Source of the DNA: an uncultured Actinomycetota bacterium
GTDB lineage: Bacteria > Actinomycetota > Actinomycetes > CAVWCF01
DNA: 64,000 nt
Reading direction: 5' to 3'
Assembly: GCA_963818455.1 (NCBI GenBank)
Contig: CAWFSE010000005.1
Span: 266,071 to 330,070 of the forward strand
A program made the position numbers and the translations under genes. The notes under the pieces are model-generated. The model was not told the origin of the DNA. It worked only from the letters and a program-made list of their open reading frames with translations, and did no database searches. Positions 31,397 through 40,861 of this stretch are shown here, piece after piece (positions within the stretch are counted from its first letter, which is position 1; every line of letters begins with the position of its first letter).

Positions 31397-32210
31397 CTAG
31401 CCGGCGAGGGTGCGCTTGACCTGGGCCAGCCGCGAGGCGACCGTCCCATCGATGACCTCGTCGTCGATGACGACGCGGACGCCGCCGACGACCTCGGGGT
31501 CGACCTCGACCTGCACATCGACCACCCGGCCGTAGATCCGGCCGAGCACGGCGGCGAGTCGGGCCTCTTGGGAGTCGTCGAGCGGGCGGGCCGCGGTCAC
31601 CAGGGCGACGACGCGGTTGCGGCGGCGGGCGGCCAGCTCGGTGAGCTGCTCGAGCGCCGCCTGCAGCCGGTGGCCGCGCAGCCCGGTGACGGTGCGACTC
31701 ACCAGCCCGATGGTGACGGGGTCGGCCTTGCCCTCAAGCAGCGCGCCGACGATCTCGGACTTGCGCGCGGTGTCGACGGCCGGATCGCCCAGCGTCATCT
31801 GCAGGTCGGCGCTGGACTCCACGGCGCGGCCGAAGCGGAAGACCTCCTCCTCGACCCGGTCGAGCGTGCCGGCGTTCTCGGCGCCGGCCAGGGCCGCCTC
31901 GATGCCCACGATGTCGAGGGCGTCGACCAGGTCGCGGTCAGCCGACCAGCGCTGCTCGGCCGCGGCGGACACCACGGCCAGCGCGGGGGCCGACACCCGG
32001 CCGCCGAGCACCGACTCGGTCAACGCCCGCTTGCCGTCGGCGTCTTGGCCCGGGATCGGCCAGCGCCACCCGCAGCGACCGCTCGCCCGCCAGCAGGTCT
32101 GAGACCGAGCGCAGGTCGCTGGACAGGGCGGCCGGATCCGCCGCCGCCGTCAGCTGGGCGTCGAGCGCCGAGCGGAGGGCGGCGAGGGCGTCGCGGCTGG
32201 CGCCGAGCAT
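31397..32210 (-). pseudogene. atpH: F0F1 ATP synthase subunit delta, one +1 frameshift as given
   Basis: The ATG at 32210 overlaps the atpF stop. The N-terminal part (..SLRVALADPG) and C-terminal part (QDADGKRALTESVLG...[19 protein letters not shown]) join if the C3 run at 32049-32051 is read as C2. The length is 814 nt (3n+1). Confidence 0.88.
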
Positions 32211-32782
32211 CAGCGGACCTGCCCGCCCGGCTCTGCCGCGGCCTGGGCCTCCAGGTCGGCGATGAACCGGTCCACGGTGGCGCGGGCCCGGGCGTCGTCG
32301 TCGAGGGACTCGCCGACCACCTTGCTCGCGAGGTCGACCGCCAGCGTGCCGACCTGGCCGCGCAGCTGGGCGATCGCCTGCTGCTTGGCCACCTCGAGCT
32401 GCTGCTGGTTGGCGGCCGTGATGCGCCCCGCCTCCCCCTGCGCCTGCTCGCGCATCTCGGCGATGATCGCCGCGCCCTGCTCACGGGCCTCCTCGCGGAT
32501 GCGGGCGGCCTCCTGCCGGGCCTCGGCCAGCTGCGCCTGGTACGTCTCCAGCGCGGCGGCCGCGTCGGCCTGGGCCTGCTCGGCCTTGGCCATGCCGCCC
32601 TCGATGGCCGCGGTGCGCTCGGCGAACATCTTCTCGAAGCTCGGGAAGGCGTACTTCCGGAGCAGCCAGTAGAGCAGGCCGAAGGCGATGAACCCGATGA
32701 CGATCTCGGCCGGGGCCGGGACGATCGGGTTGATCTCACCACCGGACGCGGCCAAGCCGGCCGCCAGCGGGTACGTCGTCAT
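32210..32782 (-). CDS. atpF: F0F1 ATP synthase subunit b
   Basis: 190 aa. It has an N-terminal transmembrane segment (IVIGFIAFGLLYWLL) and then a long Ala/Glu/Gln-rich helix. Confidence 0.9.
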   Translation of the reverse strand: MTTYPLAAGLAASGGEINPIVPAPAEIVIGFIAFGLLYWLLRKYAFPSFEKMFAERTAAIEGGMAKAEQAQADAAAALETYQAQLAEARQEAARIREEAREQGAAIIAEMREQAQGEAGRITAANQQQLEVAKQQAIAQLRGQVGTLAVDLASKVVGESLDDDARARATVDRFIADLEAQAAAEPGGQVR

Positions 32783-32838
32783 CGTGCGAGATTCTCCGTC
32801 GCGACGAGGGGATCAGGGACTGTTGTGCGCGGCTCGTC

Positions 32839-33042
32839 CTAGAGGACGAACGCGAGCACCAGGCCGAACAGGGCGAGGGCCTCGGCGAGCGCGAATCCAA
32901 GGAACGCGATCGGCTGGAGGATGCCGCGCGCCTCGGGCTGGCGGGCGACGCCATTGATGTAGGCGGCGAAGATGAGGCCGACGGCGATACCCGGGCCGAT
33001 GGCCGAGAGGCCGTAGCCGACGAGGTTGAGCGTGCCTTCCAT
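32839..33042 (-). CDS. atpE: F0F1 ATP synthase subunit c
   Basis: ATG 33042. The protein reads [67 protein letters not shown]. It forms a hairpin with the loop RQPE and the carboxylate in ALAEAL. Confidence 0.95.
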   Translation of the reverse strand: MEGTLNLVGYGLSAIGPGIAVGLIFAAYINGVARQPEARGILQPIAFLGFALAEALALFGLVLAFVL

Positions 33043-33149
33043 TCCTGCGTGTCCTTTCTCAGGTCTCTCGCGGGCGGAGAGATCGGTGGTGCACAGGTCG
33101 TTGGTGTGCGCGGGTGCGCTCACCGGGGGCCGTCGGGGTCACTGGCGAA

Positions 33150-33954
33150 TCAGTGGTCCTCGGCGAGCGCTCCGGCGATGTACAGGGCGGCGAGCAGGGT
33201 GAAGATGTAGGCCTGGATCAACTGGATCAGGGCCTCGAACAGGGTCATCACGATGGCCATGCCGGCCGCGAACGGAGCCAGGACCATCTGGATCGGGCTG
33301 CCGGACTCGAAGAACATGTACTCCGCGCCCAGGATGAACACCAGCAGCAGCAGGTGGCCGGCGAACATGTTGGCGAACAGACGAAGGGCGTGCGAGAGCG
33401 GGCGCACGAAGATGGTCGAGAAGAACTCCAGCGGCGCCACCAGGAGCAGCGACGCCTTGGGGATCCCGGGGATGATCGCCACGTGCTTGAGGTAGCCGAG
33501 CGCGCCGTGCTTCTTCAGCCCCAGGTAGTTCCAGACCACCCACACGATGATCGCCAGCGCGATCGGGTAGCCGATCCGCGACATGGTGGGGAACTGGATC
33601 ATGCGGGATGATCCCGAACAGGTTGTTGAGGTAGACGAACGCGAACAGCGACACCAGCAGCGGGACGAACTTGGCGAAGTCGTGGGCGCCGATGTTGTCG
33701 CGGGCGATGCCGTTGCGGACGAAGGCGTAGACCTCCTCGGCCGCGAACTGCCAACGGCCGGGGACCATCTCGGCCCGGCGGGCGGCCACGATGAAGAAGA
33801 CCGCGATGAGCGCCACCGAGAAGAAGATCATCACCATCGGCTTGGTGACCCCGAACTCGCCGATGGAGAACATCGGCGGGAACTCGAAGTCGGCTGCCGA
33901 CGGCGGCACGTACGGCTCGGTGGCCGAAACGCTCGCAAGCACCCAAGTGCTCAC
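33150..33954 (-). pseudogene. atpB: F0F1 ATP synthase subunit a, one +1 frameshift as given
   Basis: The N-terminal part (..LFAFVYLNNLFGIIP) and C-terminal part (MIQFPTMSRIGYPIALA...VRPLSHALRLFANMFAGHLLL..) join if one base near 33603 is removed. The length is 805 nt (3n+1). Confidence 0.9.
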
Positions 33955-33981
33955 GCGGCTCCTCTCCTGCCGGCGCCCATG

Positions 33982-34230
33982 TCAGCGCCCCAGCGTGCGG
34001 TGGAACACGAGGTACATCCCGGTGGCCATGCCCACAAGGAGCCCGATCAGGGTGAGGAACGAGGTCCCCAACCACCGGTCGGCCAACCACCCTGCCCCGC
34101 CCCAGACGATGAGCCCGCTGAGGAGGGTCGACGAGATGGCCCAGGGGTCGGAGCCGGGACCGGTCGGAACCACGGCCCCGGGGGGCTGCGCAGGCTCCGA
34201 CGAGCCCTCGTCCGGCGTTGCCTGGCTCAT
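33982..34230 (-). CDS. small AtpZ/AtpI-like membrane protein
   Basis: 82 aa with two predicted transmembrane segments (LLSGLIVWGGAGWLA and FLTLIGLLVGMATGMYLVF). It lies directly upstream of atpB. Its start overlaps the upstream stop. Confidence 0.65.
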   Translation of the reverse strand: MSQATPDEGSSEPAQPPGAVVPTGPGSDPWAISSTLLSGLIVWGGAGWLADRWLGTSFLTLIGLLVGMATGMYLVFHRTLGR

Positions 34231-34715
34231 CGGGACCGGACATTACCAGCGGATGTGAAGGCGTTCACAATCAGGTCCCCTGCTCCGGCGGCGGCGCCGT
34301 GCTGGGCCTGCGGGACCACCGTCGGCAGCTGCGCGCGGGTGAACGCGCGGACCTCGAACCCCAGCCACACCAACGCGCAGGCGAGCACGCTGAGGCCGAA
34401 CGCCTCGTTGTCGAACGCCTCGACCTGGCGCAGCACCACGAAGGTCAGCCCGAGCGCGACGATCTTGATCGTGTACGACACCATCGCCGCCCCGAACGCG
34501 TTCGCCGGGTGGCTGTCGGCCGTCCACCGCATCACCAGCAAGGACATCCCGAAGAACCCGATCACCACCAGGCACCCCAGGGCGGCCGCGATCGCGCCCC
34601 CGATTCCGCGGCCGAGCAGGAGCGCGGCGACCACGGCGATCAGCCCCGTGATCGCCGTGGGAATCGCCGCCCCGCGGAAGAGGACCCGGAACGTGTCGGG
34701 GGCAGGCTCGCTCAT
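34227..34715 (-). CDS. ATP synthase protein I-like integral membrane protein
   Basis: 162 aa with four hydrophobic segments. It occupies the position between wecA and atpB, as in other actinobacteria. Confidence 0.6.
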   Translation of the reverse strand: MSEPAPDTFRVLFRGAAIPTAITGLIAVVAALLLGRGIGGAIAAALGCLVVIGFFGMSLLVMRWTADSHPANAFGAAMVSYTIKIVALGLTFVVLRQVEAFDNEAFGLSVLACALVWLGFEVRAFTRAQLPTVVPQAQHGAAAGAGDLIVNAFTSAGNVRSR

Positions 34716-35862
34716 GAGCCCAGGGTCGCAGGCGCCGGCCCTCGGCGGCTAATCGCGGCGCGGCGGCGGCCGACAGCCGGGCGCGCACCCGCGGCCAGCG
34801 GACGAAGAGCACCAACCCGGCGAAGCCGGCCGCGCACAGGGCGAGGGCCACGCCCAACGGCAGCAGCGCCAGCGCCAACACGCCGTAAGCCAGCACGAAG
34901 GTCCACGCGTACATCAGCTCGACCGCGCGCCGATGGCTGTGGCCGATCTCCAGCAGGCGGTGGTGCAGGTGCCGCTTGTCCGGGGCGAACGGCGATCTGC
35001 GGGCGCGGGTGCGGCGCACCACCGCCAGCAGCACGTCGATGAAGGGCAGCGAGATCGCCGCCAGCGGCAGCAGCAGCGGCAGCAGGGCGGGGGCCAGGTC
35101 GGTGCTGCTGAACGCCCGGTAGTCGACGCGCCCGGTGAGGGCGATCGTCGAGGCCGCCAGCAGCAGCCCGAGCAGCATCGAGCCGGCGTCGCCCATGAAG
35201 ATCAGCGCGGGGTTGTAGTTGTGGAGCAGGAACCCCAGGCAGACCCCGACGATCACGGCGGAGATCAGCGACGGGGCGAGCGCGCGGTCGCTGGCGTTCT
35301 CCACCGAGAGCAGGTACGAGAAGACGAAGAACGCGCTCGCGGCGATCGCGACGATGCCCGCGGCCAGCCCGTCGAGGCCGTCGACGAAGTTGATCGCGTT
35401 GACCACCCCGACCACGATCAGGATGGTCAGCAGGGTGCCGGTCACGGGGTCGAGGGCGATGGTCTGGCCGGGCCAGGGCAGCCACAGCAGCACCAGCCCC
35501 TGCAGCGCCATCACACCTGCGGCCACCGCCTGGCCGGCCATCTTGGTCAGCGCGTCCAGGCCCCACTTGTCGTCGGCCGCCCCGAGCAGGCAGATCAAGG
35601 TGGCCCCCGTCATCAGGGCACGCACCTCGTCGGAGCCCTCGAAGACCGACCGCAGGAGGGGCAGCTTGCCCGCCACCAGCAGGGCGGCAGCCAGCCCGAG
35701 GTACATCGCCACCCCGCCGAGGCGGGGCGTGAGGGTGTCGTGGACGTCCCGGTCGCGGATCTCGGCGAAGACGCCCCACCGCACGGCAAAGGCCCGCACG
35801 ACGCCTGCGGTCAGGTAGGTGACGGCCGCCGCGACGAGCAGGGTGAGGAGGTACTCGCGCAC
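34712..35862 (-). CDS. wecA: undecaprenyl-phosphate GlcNAc-1-phosphate transferase (WecA/Rfe, MraY-like family); 3' end uncertain
   Basis: GTG 35862 has a GGAGG ribosome-binding site. Motifs include LGAADDKWGL, NAINFVDGLDGLAAG, IFMGDAGSMLLG and RSPFAPDKRHLHHRLLE. As given, the reading frame has no stop until 34243. A TGA overlapping the next ATG (34712-34715) is reached only after a frame change near 34750. Confidence 0.8.
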
Positions 35863-35903
35863 GCGGGCGGCCTCCCCCCGGGGTCTGGTCGGTGTGGGTG
35901 GGT

Positions 35904-37166
35904 CTAGCGGGGGTAGGCGGGGTGGCTCGCGGTGAGCGCGCCCACCGCCTCGGCGATCGCCGGCGCGTCTGAGCCGTCGGCGTCGCGCACCGCCCGGCCG
36001 ATCAGCCCGGCGACCTCCTTCATGTCCGCCTCGACCATGCCCTGGGTGGTCACGGCGGGCGTGCCCACCCGGATCCCGGACGCCACCAGGGGCGGCTGCG
36101 GGTCGTACGGGATGGCGTTCTTGTTCAGCGTGATGCGCGCGGCGTCGCAGCGCGCCTCGGCCTCGGCGCCGGTGACCCCGGCGCCCCGCAGGTCGATCAA
36201 CGCGAGATGCGTGTCGGTGCCGCCGGACACCGGGCGCATGCCCTGCTCGGCGAGCCCGGCCGCCAGGGCCTGGGCGTTGGCGATCACCTGCGCGGCGTAG
36301 GCCTGGTAGGCGGGCTGCGCGCACTCCTTGAGCGCCACCGCCTTGGCCGCCACGGCGTGCATGAGCGGGCCCCCCTGCAGGAACGGGAAGACCGCCTTGT
36401 CGATCTTGGCCGCGTGCTCCTCGCGGCAGACGATCATGCCGCCGCGCGGCCCGCGCAGGACCTTGTGCGTGGTGAAGCACACCACGTCGGCGTACGGAAC
36501 CGGCGAGGGGATCGCCCGGCCGGCCACCAGGCCGATGAAGTGCGCCGCGTCGACCATCAGGATCGCGCCCACGTCGTCGGCGATCTGCCGGAAGGCGGCG
36601 AAGTCGATCAGCCGCGAGTACGCGGTGGCGCCGCAGATGATCATCTTGGGCCGGTGCTCCAGGGCCTGGTCGCGCACCTGGTCGTAGTCGATGAGCTCGG
36701 TGTCCTCGGCCACGCCGTACGACACGGGGTTGAACCACTTGCCGGAGAAGTTGACCTTCGAGCCGTGCGTGAGGTGCCCCCCGTGCGGCAGCGACATGGC
36801 CAGGACGGTGTCGCCGGGCTGCAGGAAGGCGGCGTACGCGGCGAGGTTCGCGCTGGCGCCGGAGTGCGGCTGCAGGTTGGCGTGCTCGGCCCCGAAGAGC
36901 TCCTTGGCCCGCGCGATGCCGATCTCCTCGGCGGTGTCCACCTCCGAGCAGCCGCCGTAGTAGCGCTTGCGCGGGTAGCCCTCGGCGTACTTGTTCGACA
37001 GCGTCGACCCGAGGGCCGCCAGGACCGCGGGCGAGGTGAAGTTCTCGCTGGCGATCAGCTGCAGGCCGCCCCGCAGGCGTTCCAGCTCGCCGAGGATGAC
37101 GTCGGCGATCTCCGGGTCCTCGGCCTGGAGGGCGTCGAAGTCCGGTCCCCAGAAGGTGTCGCTCAT
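35904..37166 (-). CDS. glyA: serine hydroxymethyltransferase
   Basis: 420 aa, intact. Motifs include [35 protein letters not shown] (PLP-Lys context) and [11 protein letters not shown]. Confidence 0.97.
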   Translation of the reverse strand: MSDTFWGPDFDALQAEDPEIADVILGELERLRGGLQLIASENFTSPAVLAALGSTLSNKYAEGYPRKRYYGGCSEVDTAEEIGIARAKELFGAEHANLQPHSGASANLAAYAAFLQPGDTVLAMSLPHGGHLTHGSKVNFSGKWFNPVSYGVAEDTELIDYDQVRDQALEHRPKMIICGATAYSRLIDFAAFRQIADDVGAILMVDAAHFIGLVAGRAIPSPVPYADVVCFTTHKVLRGPRGGMIVCREEHAAKIDKAVFPFLQGGPLMHAVAAKAVALKECAQPAYQAYAAQVIANAQALAAGLAEQGMRPVSGGTDTHLALIDLRGAGVTGAEAEARCDAARITLNKNAIPYDPQPPLVASGIRVGTPAVTTQGMVEADMKEVAGLIGRAVRDADGSDAPAIAEAVGALTASHPAYPR

Positions 37167-37232
37167 CGAATGGCTCCTCGCAGCAGGCAGGCGGTGCCGC
37201 GATCCTACGGGCCCGGCGGCGACGACCCTCGA

Positions 37233-37817
37233 TCAGCCCGCGACCGAGAGCGCGGCCACGATCCGGACCACGGCGTCGTCGATCAGGTCGCGGGTGGCGC
37301 GGAAGACGTCGAGCGGCTCGCCCCAGGGATCGGGCACATCCGCGCCCACCCGCGCGCCCACCGCGGCCCGGGCCTCCTCGGCGGCCGCAGTCAGCGCGAC
37401 CACCGCGCCCCCCGGCGTCGGCGCGGCCACCGGGCCGACCCGGTCGGCCAGGGCCGCGAACTCAAGCAGCGCGAAGGCCCGCGGGGCCGCCGACGGCGCC
37501 AGCCGCCCCACCGTGCGCACCTGGTCGGCGGTCGCGGTGAGGATCAGGTCGGCGGACAGCGCCAGCCCGGGCTGCAGGGCGGTGGCCGTGAAGCCCGAGG
37601 GATCCACCCCCTGCTCGGCGAGCACGCGTGCCGCGGGAGGGTTCATGCCCTCCCCCGCGTGCCCGCCGTAGGTGCCCGCTCCGGCGCAACGCACCTCGGC
37701 GGCCGCGGCGCCGAACGCCTCATCAAGTCGATGCCGCATCAGCCGCTCGGCCATCGGCGAGCGGCAGATGTTGCCCATGCACACGTGCAGCACGGTCACC
37801 CCCGACGGCTCGGTCAC
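37233..37817 (-). CDS. low-molecular-weight protein-tyrosine/arsenate-reductase-fold phosphatase
   Basis: It has a CX5R P-loop (VLHVCMGNICRSPMAERL) and a DPWG motif near the C-terminus. Its start overlaps the tsaC stop (GTGA). Confidence 0.85.
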   Translation of the reverse strand: MTEPSGVTVLHVCMGNICRSPMAERLMRHRLDEAFGAAAAEVRCAGAGTYGGHAGEGMNPPAARVLAEQGVDPSGFTATALQPGLALSADLILTATADQVRTVGRLAPSAAPRAFALLEFAALADRVGPVAAPTPGGAVVALTAAAEEARAAVGARVGADVPDPWGEPLDVFRATRDLIDDAVVRIVAALSVAG

Positions 37818-38467
37818 CCGAATCCCTCCGGAACCACCAGATCGGGCACGACCGCGCGCAGCGACTCGACCGAGACCGCCCCGAGCCGGGCCAGCACCGG
37901 GCGCGCCCCGGTGACATCCACCGCGGTCGACGGGGTCGGGTCGAGGCAGGGTCCGCCGTCGAGGTACGTCGACACCGCCGACCCCAGCTGGCGCTGGGCG
38001 TCCTCGCAGGTGGCCGGCGGCAACGTCCCAGCCCGGTTGGCGGCGACGACGGCCATCGGCCCGGTGGCCCGCAGCAGCTCAAGGGCCAGCGGGTGCAGCG
38101 GCATCCGCACGGCGACGCCGCTCCCGCTGCCGAGGTCCCAGGTCAGCGTGGGCTGGGCCCGGCAGATGAGGGTGAGCGGCCCGGGCCACCAGCCCTGGGC
38201 GAGCAGCCGCGCGGCGGGCGAGAGCCCCGCCGCGATCCCCTCCAGCGTGCGCACGGCCCCGATCAGCACCGGCACCGCCAGGTCGGGCCCGCGCCCCTTG
38301 GCCGCCCGGAGCGCGCGCACCGCCGGCACCGAGAACGCGTCGCAGCCGACTCCGTAGGCCGAGTCGGTCGGAATCACCACGAGGTCGCCGCGGCGCACGG
38401 CGGCGGCCGCGCGGGTGAGCCCGGTGGCCCGCTCGGCGGGGTCCGCCCCGGCGAAGACCGCGCTCAT
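37814..38467 (-). CDS. tsaC: L-threonylcarbamoyladenylate synthase (YrdC/Sua5/TsaC domain)
   Basis: ATG 38467 overlaps the prmC stop. Motifs include VVIPTDSAYGVGCDAF, GRGPDLAVPVLIG and PGPLTLI..VAVRMP. 217 aa. Confidence 0.85.
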   Translation of the reverse strand: MSAVFAGADPAERATGLTRAAAAVRRGDLVVIPTDSAYGVGCDAFSVPAVRALRAAKGRGPDLAVPVLIGAVRTLEGIAAGLSPAARLLAQGWWPGPLTLICRAQPTLTWDLGSGSGVAVRMPLHPLALELLRATGPMAVVAANRAGTLPPATCEDAQRQLGSAVSTYLDGGPCLDPTPSTAVDVTGARPVLARLGAVSVESLRAVVPDLVVPEGFG

Positions 38468-39316
38468 CGGCGCGCCGTCGCGAAGCGTTCGCGGCCGGCC
38501 AGATCCCGGTGCGTGGCCGCCTCGGCCCACGGGTCCGAGCCGAGCAGGACCCGCACGCCCGCCCCCTGCCCGTCGGCGTGCTCGAGGACCAGCAGCCCGC
38601 CCGGACGCAGCAGGCGCGCCGCCGCCCCGATCACCACGCCCGGCACCTCCAGCCCGTCCGAACCGCCGCCCCACAGGGCCTCCGGCGGATCATGCCGCAG
38701 CGTCTCGGGGTCCATCCGGGGGCGGTCGGACTCGGGGACGTACGGCGGGTTGCTCACGACCACGTCCACCGAGCCGTCGAGGTCCGGCAGGGCGGTCGCG
38801 GCGTCGGCCCGGTGCGACGTGGACCCGCGAGCCCGCCGCGTTGCGCACCAGCCACTCGTACGCATCCGCGGAGCGCTCCACCGCGTGCACCTCGGCCGCC
38901 GGCGCCTCGTCGGCGACCGCGAGGGCGATGGCCCCAGACCCGGCGCACAGGTCGACGACCACGGGCCGGCCGCCCGCCTGCGCCGATCGCCAGGGCCTCG
39001 GCGATCGCCGCGCCGGCGACCAACTCGGTCTCCGGGCGCGGGATGAAGACCCCCGGGCCCGACGGCCACCTCCACGTGGCGGAAGGCCGCGGACCCGACG
39101 ATGTGCTGGAGCGGCTCGCGGCCGGCCCGCCGTCAGCAGCAGCGAGCCGTACGCCGCCTCCGCGTCCGGCGGCACCTCGCGAAGCGTGAGCAGGTCGGCC
39201 CGGGTGCAGCCGAGCAGGTGCGCCAGCAGGGCCTCGGCGTCGTGCCGCGGGGAGCCGACCCCGGCCTCCTGCAGCAGGGCGGCCCCGCGCTCGAGGGCGG
39301 GTCGGACGGCGCCCAC
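38464..39316 (-). pseudogene. prmC: peptide-chain-release-factor N5-glutamine methyltransferase PrmC/HemK, about 4 frame changes as given
   Basis: Segments read ..SPRHDAEALLAHLLGCTRADLL..; REPLQHIVGSAAFRHVEVAVGPG; VFIPRPETELV; VVDLCAGSGAIALAVA; DVVVSNPPYVP (NPPY motif). Shifts lie near 39130, 39051-39055 (C5 run), 38985 and 38822. Confidence 0.85.
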
Positions 39317-39317
39317 G

Positions 39318-40388
39318 TCAGCCGTGCGCGGCCAGCTGCGCGGCCTCGTCGGCGTCGATCGCCGCCTGGACGACCGCGTCGAGGTCGCCGTCGAGGACCT
39401 GGTCGAGGTTGTACGACTTGTAGCCGACCCGGTGGTCGCTGATCCGGTTCTCCGCGAAGTTGTACGTCCGGATCCGCTCACTGCGGTCGACGGTGCGCAC
39501 CTGGCTGCGTCGGGCGGCGCCGGCCGCCGCGTCCGCCTCGGCCCGCGCGGCGTCGAGCAGGCGCGCGCGCAGGATCCGCAGCGCCGACTCCTTGTTCTGC
39601 AGCTGCGACTTCTCGTTCTGGCAGGACACCACGATGCCCGTCGGCACGTGGGTGATCCGCACCGCGGAGTCGGTGGTGTTCACGCTCTGGCCGCCCGGGC
39701 CGCTTGAGCGGTAGACGTCGATCCGCAGGTCGTTCGGGTCCATCTCGACCTCGACCTCCTCGGCCTCGGGGAAGACCAGCACCCCGGCCGCGGAGGTGTG
39801 GATCCGGCCCTGCGACTCGGTGATCGGCACCCGCTGGACGCGGTGCACGCCGCCCTCGTACTTCAGCCGGGCGAAGGGCGCCTCGCCGGGCTGCGGGATG
39901 CCGCGCGCCTTGATGGCGACCGAGACGTCCTTGTACCCGCCGAGGTCGGACTCGGTGGCCTCGAGGATCTCGGTGCCCCAGCCGCGGCGCTCCGCGTAGC
40001 GCAGGTACATCCGCAGCAGGTCGCCGGCGAACAGCGCCGACTCCTGGCCGCCCTCCCCCGCCTTGACCTCGAGGATGACGTCCTTGGAGTCGTCGGGGTC
40101 GCGCGGGACGAGCAGGCCCCGCAGCTGGTCGCCCAGGGCCTCGTGGCGGGCCGCCAGGTCCTCGGCCTCGGCGGCGAACCCGGGATCGTCCGCGGCGAAC
40201 TCGCGGGCGACCGCGAGGTCGTCGGCCGCCTGCCGCCAGTCCAGGTACGTGCGCACGATCGGCGCGAGCTCGGCGTATCGGCGGCCCAGGCGGCGCGCCT
40301 CGGCCTGGTCGGCGTGCACGGACGGGTCGGCGAGCCGCCGCTCCAGGTCGGCGTACTCGTCGACGAGCGCGTCCACACCGTCGTTCAC
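39318..40388 (-). CDS. prfA: peptide chain release factor 1
   Basis: 356 aa, intact. It has the PAT-type region and the GGQ motif ([25 protein letters not shown]). Confidence 0.97.
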   Translation of the reverse strand: MNDGVDALVDEYADLERRLADPSVHADQAEARRLGRRYAELAPIVRTYLDWRQAADDLAVAREFAADDPGFAAEAEDLAARHEALGDQLRGLLVPRDPDDSKDVILEVKAGEGGQESALFAGDLLRMYLRYAERRGWGTEILEATESDLGGYKDVSVAIKARGIPQPGEAPFARLKYEGGVHRVQRVPITESQGRIHTSAAGVLVFPEAEEVEVEMDPNDLRIDVYRSSGPGGQSVNTTDSAVRITHVPTGIVVSCQNEKSQLQNKESALRILRARLLDAARAEADAAAGAARRSQVRTVDRSERIRTYNFAENRISDHRVGYKSYNLDQVLDGDLDAVVQAAIDADEAAQLAAHG

Positions 40389-40437
40389 AGCGGCTCCTCG
40401 TGCCTAGGCCACAACCCCGAGCGGGCGACAAAGCGAG

Positions 40438-40483
40438 GGCGGCGCCGGACGCGGCCCCAGACGAGGGGTGCGCCGGCGCCGCC
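40438..40483 (-). terminator. GC-rich hairpin 8 nt downstream of the rpmE stop
   Basis: It has perfect 11-bp arms (GGCGGCGCCGG ... CCGGCGCCGCC) around a 24-nt loop that itself can pair (CCCC/GGGG). There is no U-tract. Confidence 0.4.
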
Positions 40484-40490
40484 GAGGTCG

Positions 40491-40712
40491 CTACTGGGCC
40501 GCGGAGCCCGACTTGCCGAAGCGCTGCTCGAACTTGGCGACCCGGCCGCCGGTGTCGAGGATCTTCTGCTTGCCCGTGTAGAACGGGTGGCAGGCGTAGC
40601 AGACGTCGGCGTGGATCACGCCGTTCTTCGCCGTGCTGCGGGTCTCGAACGCGTTGCCGCACGTGCAGGTCACGTGCGTCGCGACGTAGTCGGGGTGGAT
40701 GTCGGGCTTCAT
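40491..40712 (-). CDS. rpmE: 50S ribosomal protein L31
   Basis: ATG 40712 has an AAGGAG ribosome-binding site. The protein reads [66 protein letters not shown]. Confidence 0.95.
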   Translation of the reverse strand: MKPDIHPDYVATHVTCTCGNAFETRSTAKNGVIHADVCYACHPFYTGKQKILDTGGRVAKFEQRFGKSGSAAQ

Positions 40713-40861
40713 CGGGTCTCCTTGGCTGCTCGCGGCCGGGTCGCCGGCGCAGAATCGCGCGCGACGTGAACCGGACCGGACGTTCAGTGTGCCATTGCGG
40801 GGGGCCCGGACCCAATCCGTGCCCTCGACGGCGGCGCCGCTCGGCTCAGCGGATGGGCGGC

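Noticed and set aside
37167-37232. A possible ZTP (pfl) riboswitch in the glyA leader. The minus strand contains GGGTCGTCGCCGCCGGG...ACCGCCTGCC, which loosely resembles the GGGUCGUGAC...CCGCCUGGGC core.
   Set aside because: The intergenic space is only 66 nt. The GACUGGCG element and the CCUGGGC 3' box are not present, and the match amounts to a few G/C-rich words. A covariance-model search (Rfam RF01750) would be needed. I do not expect a hit.
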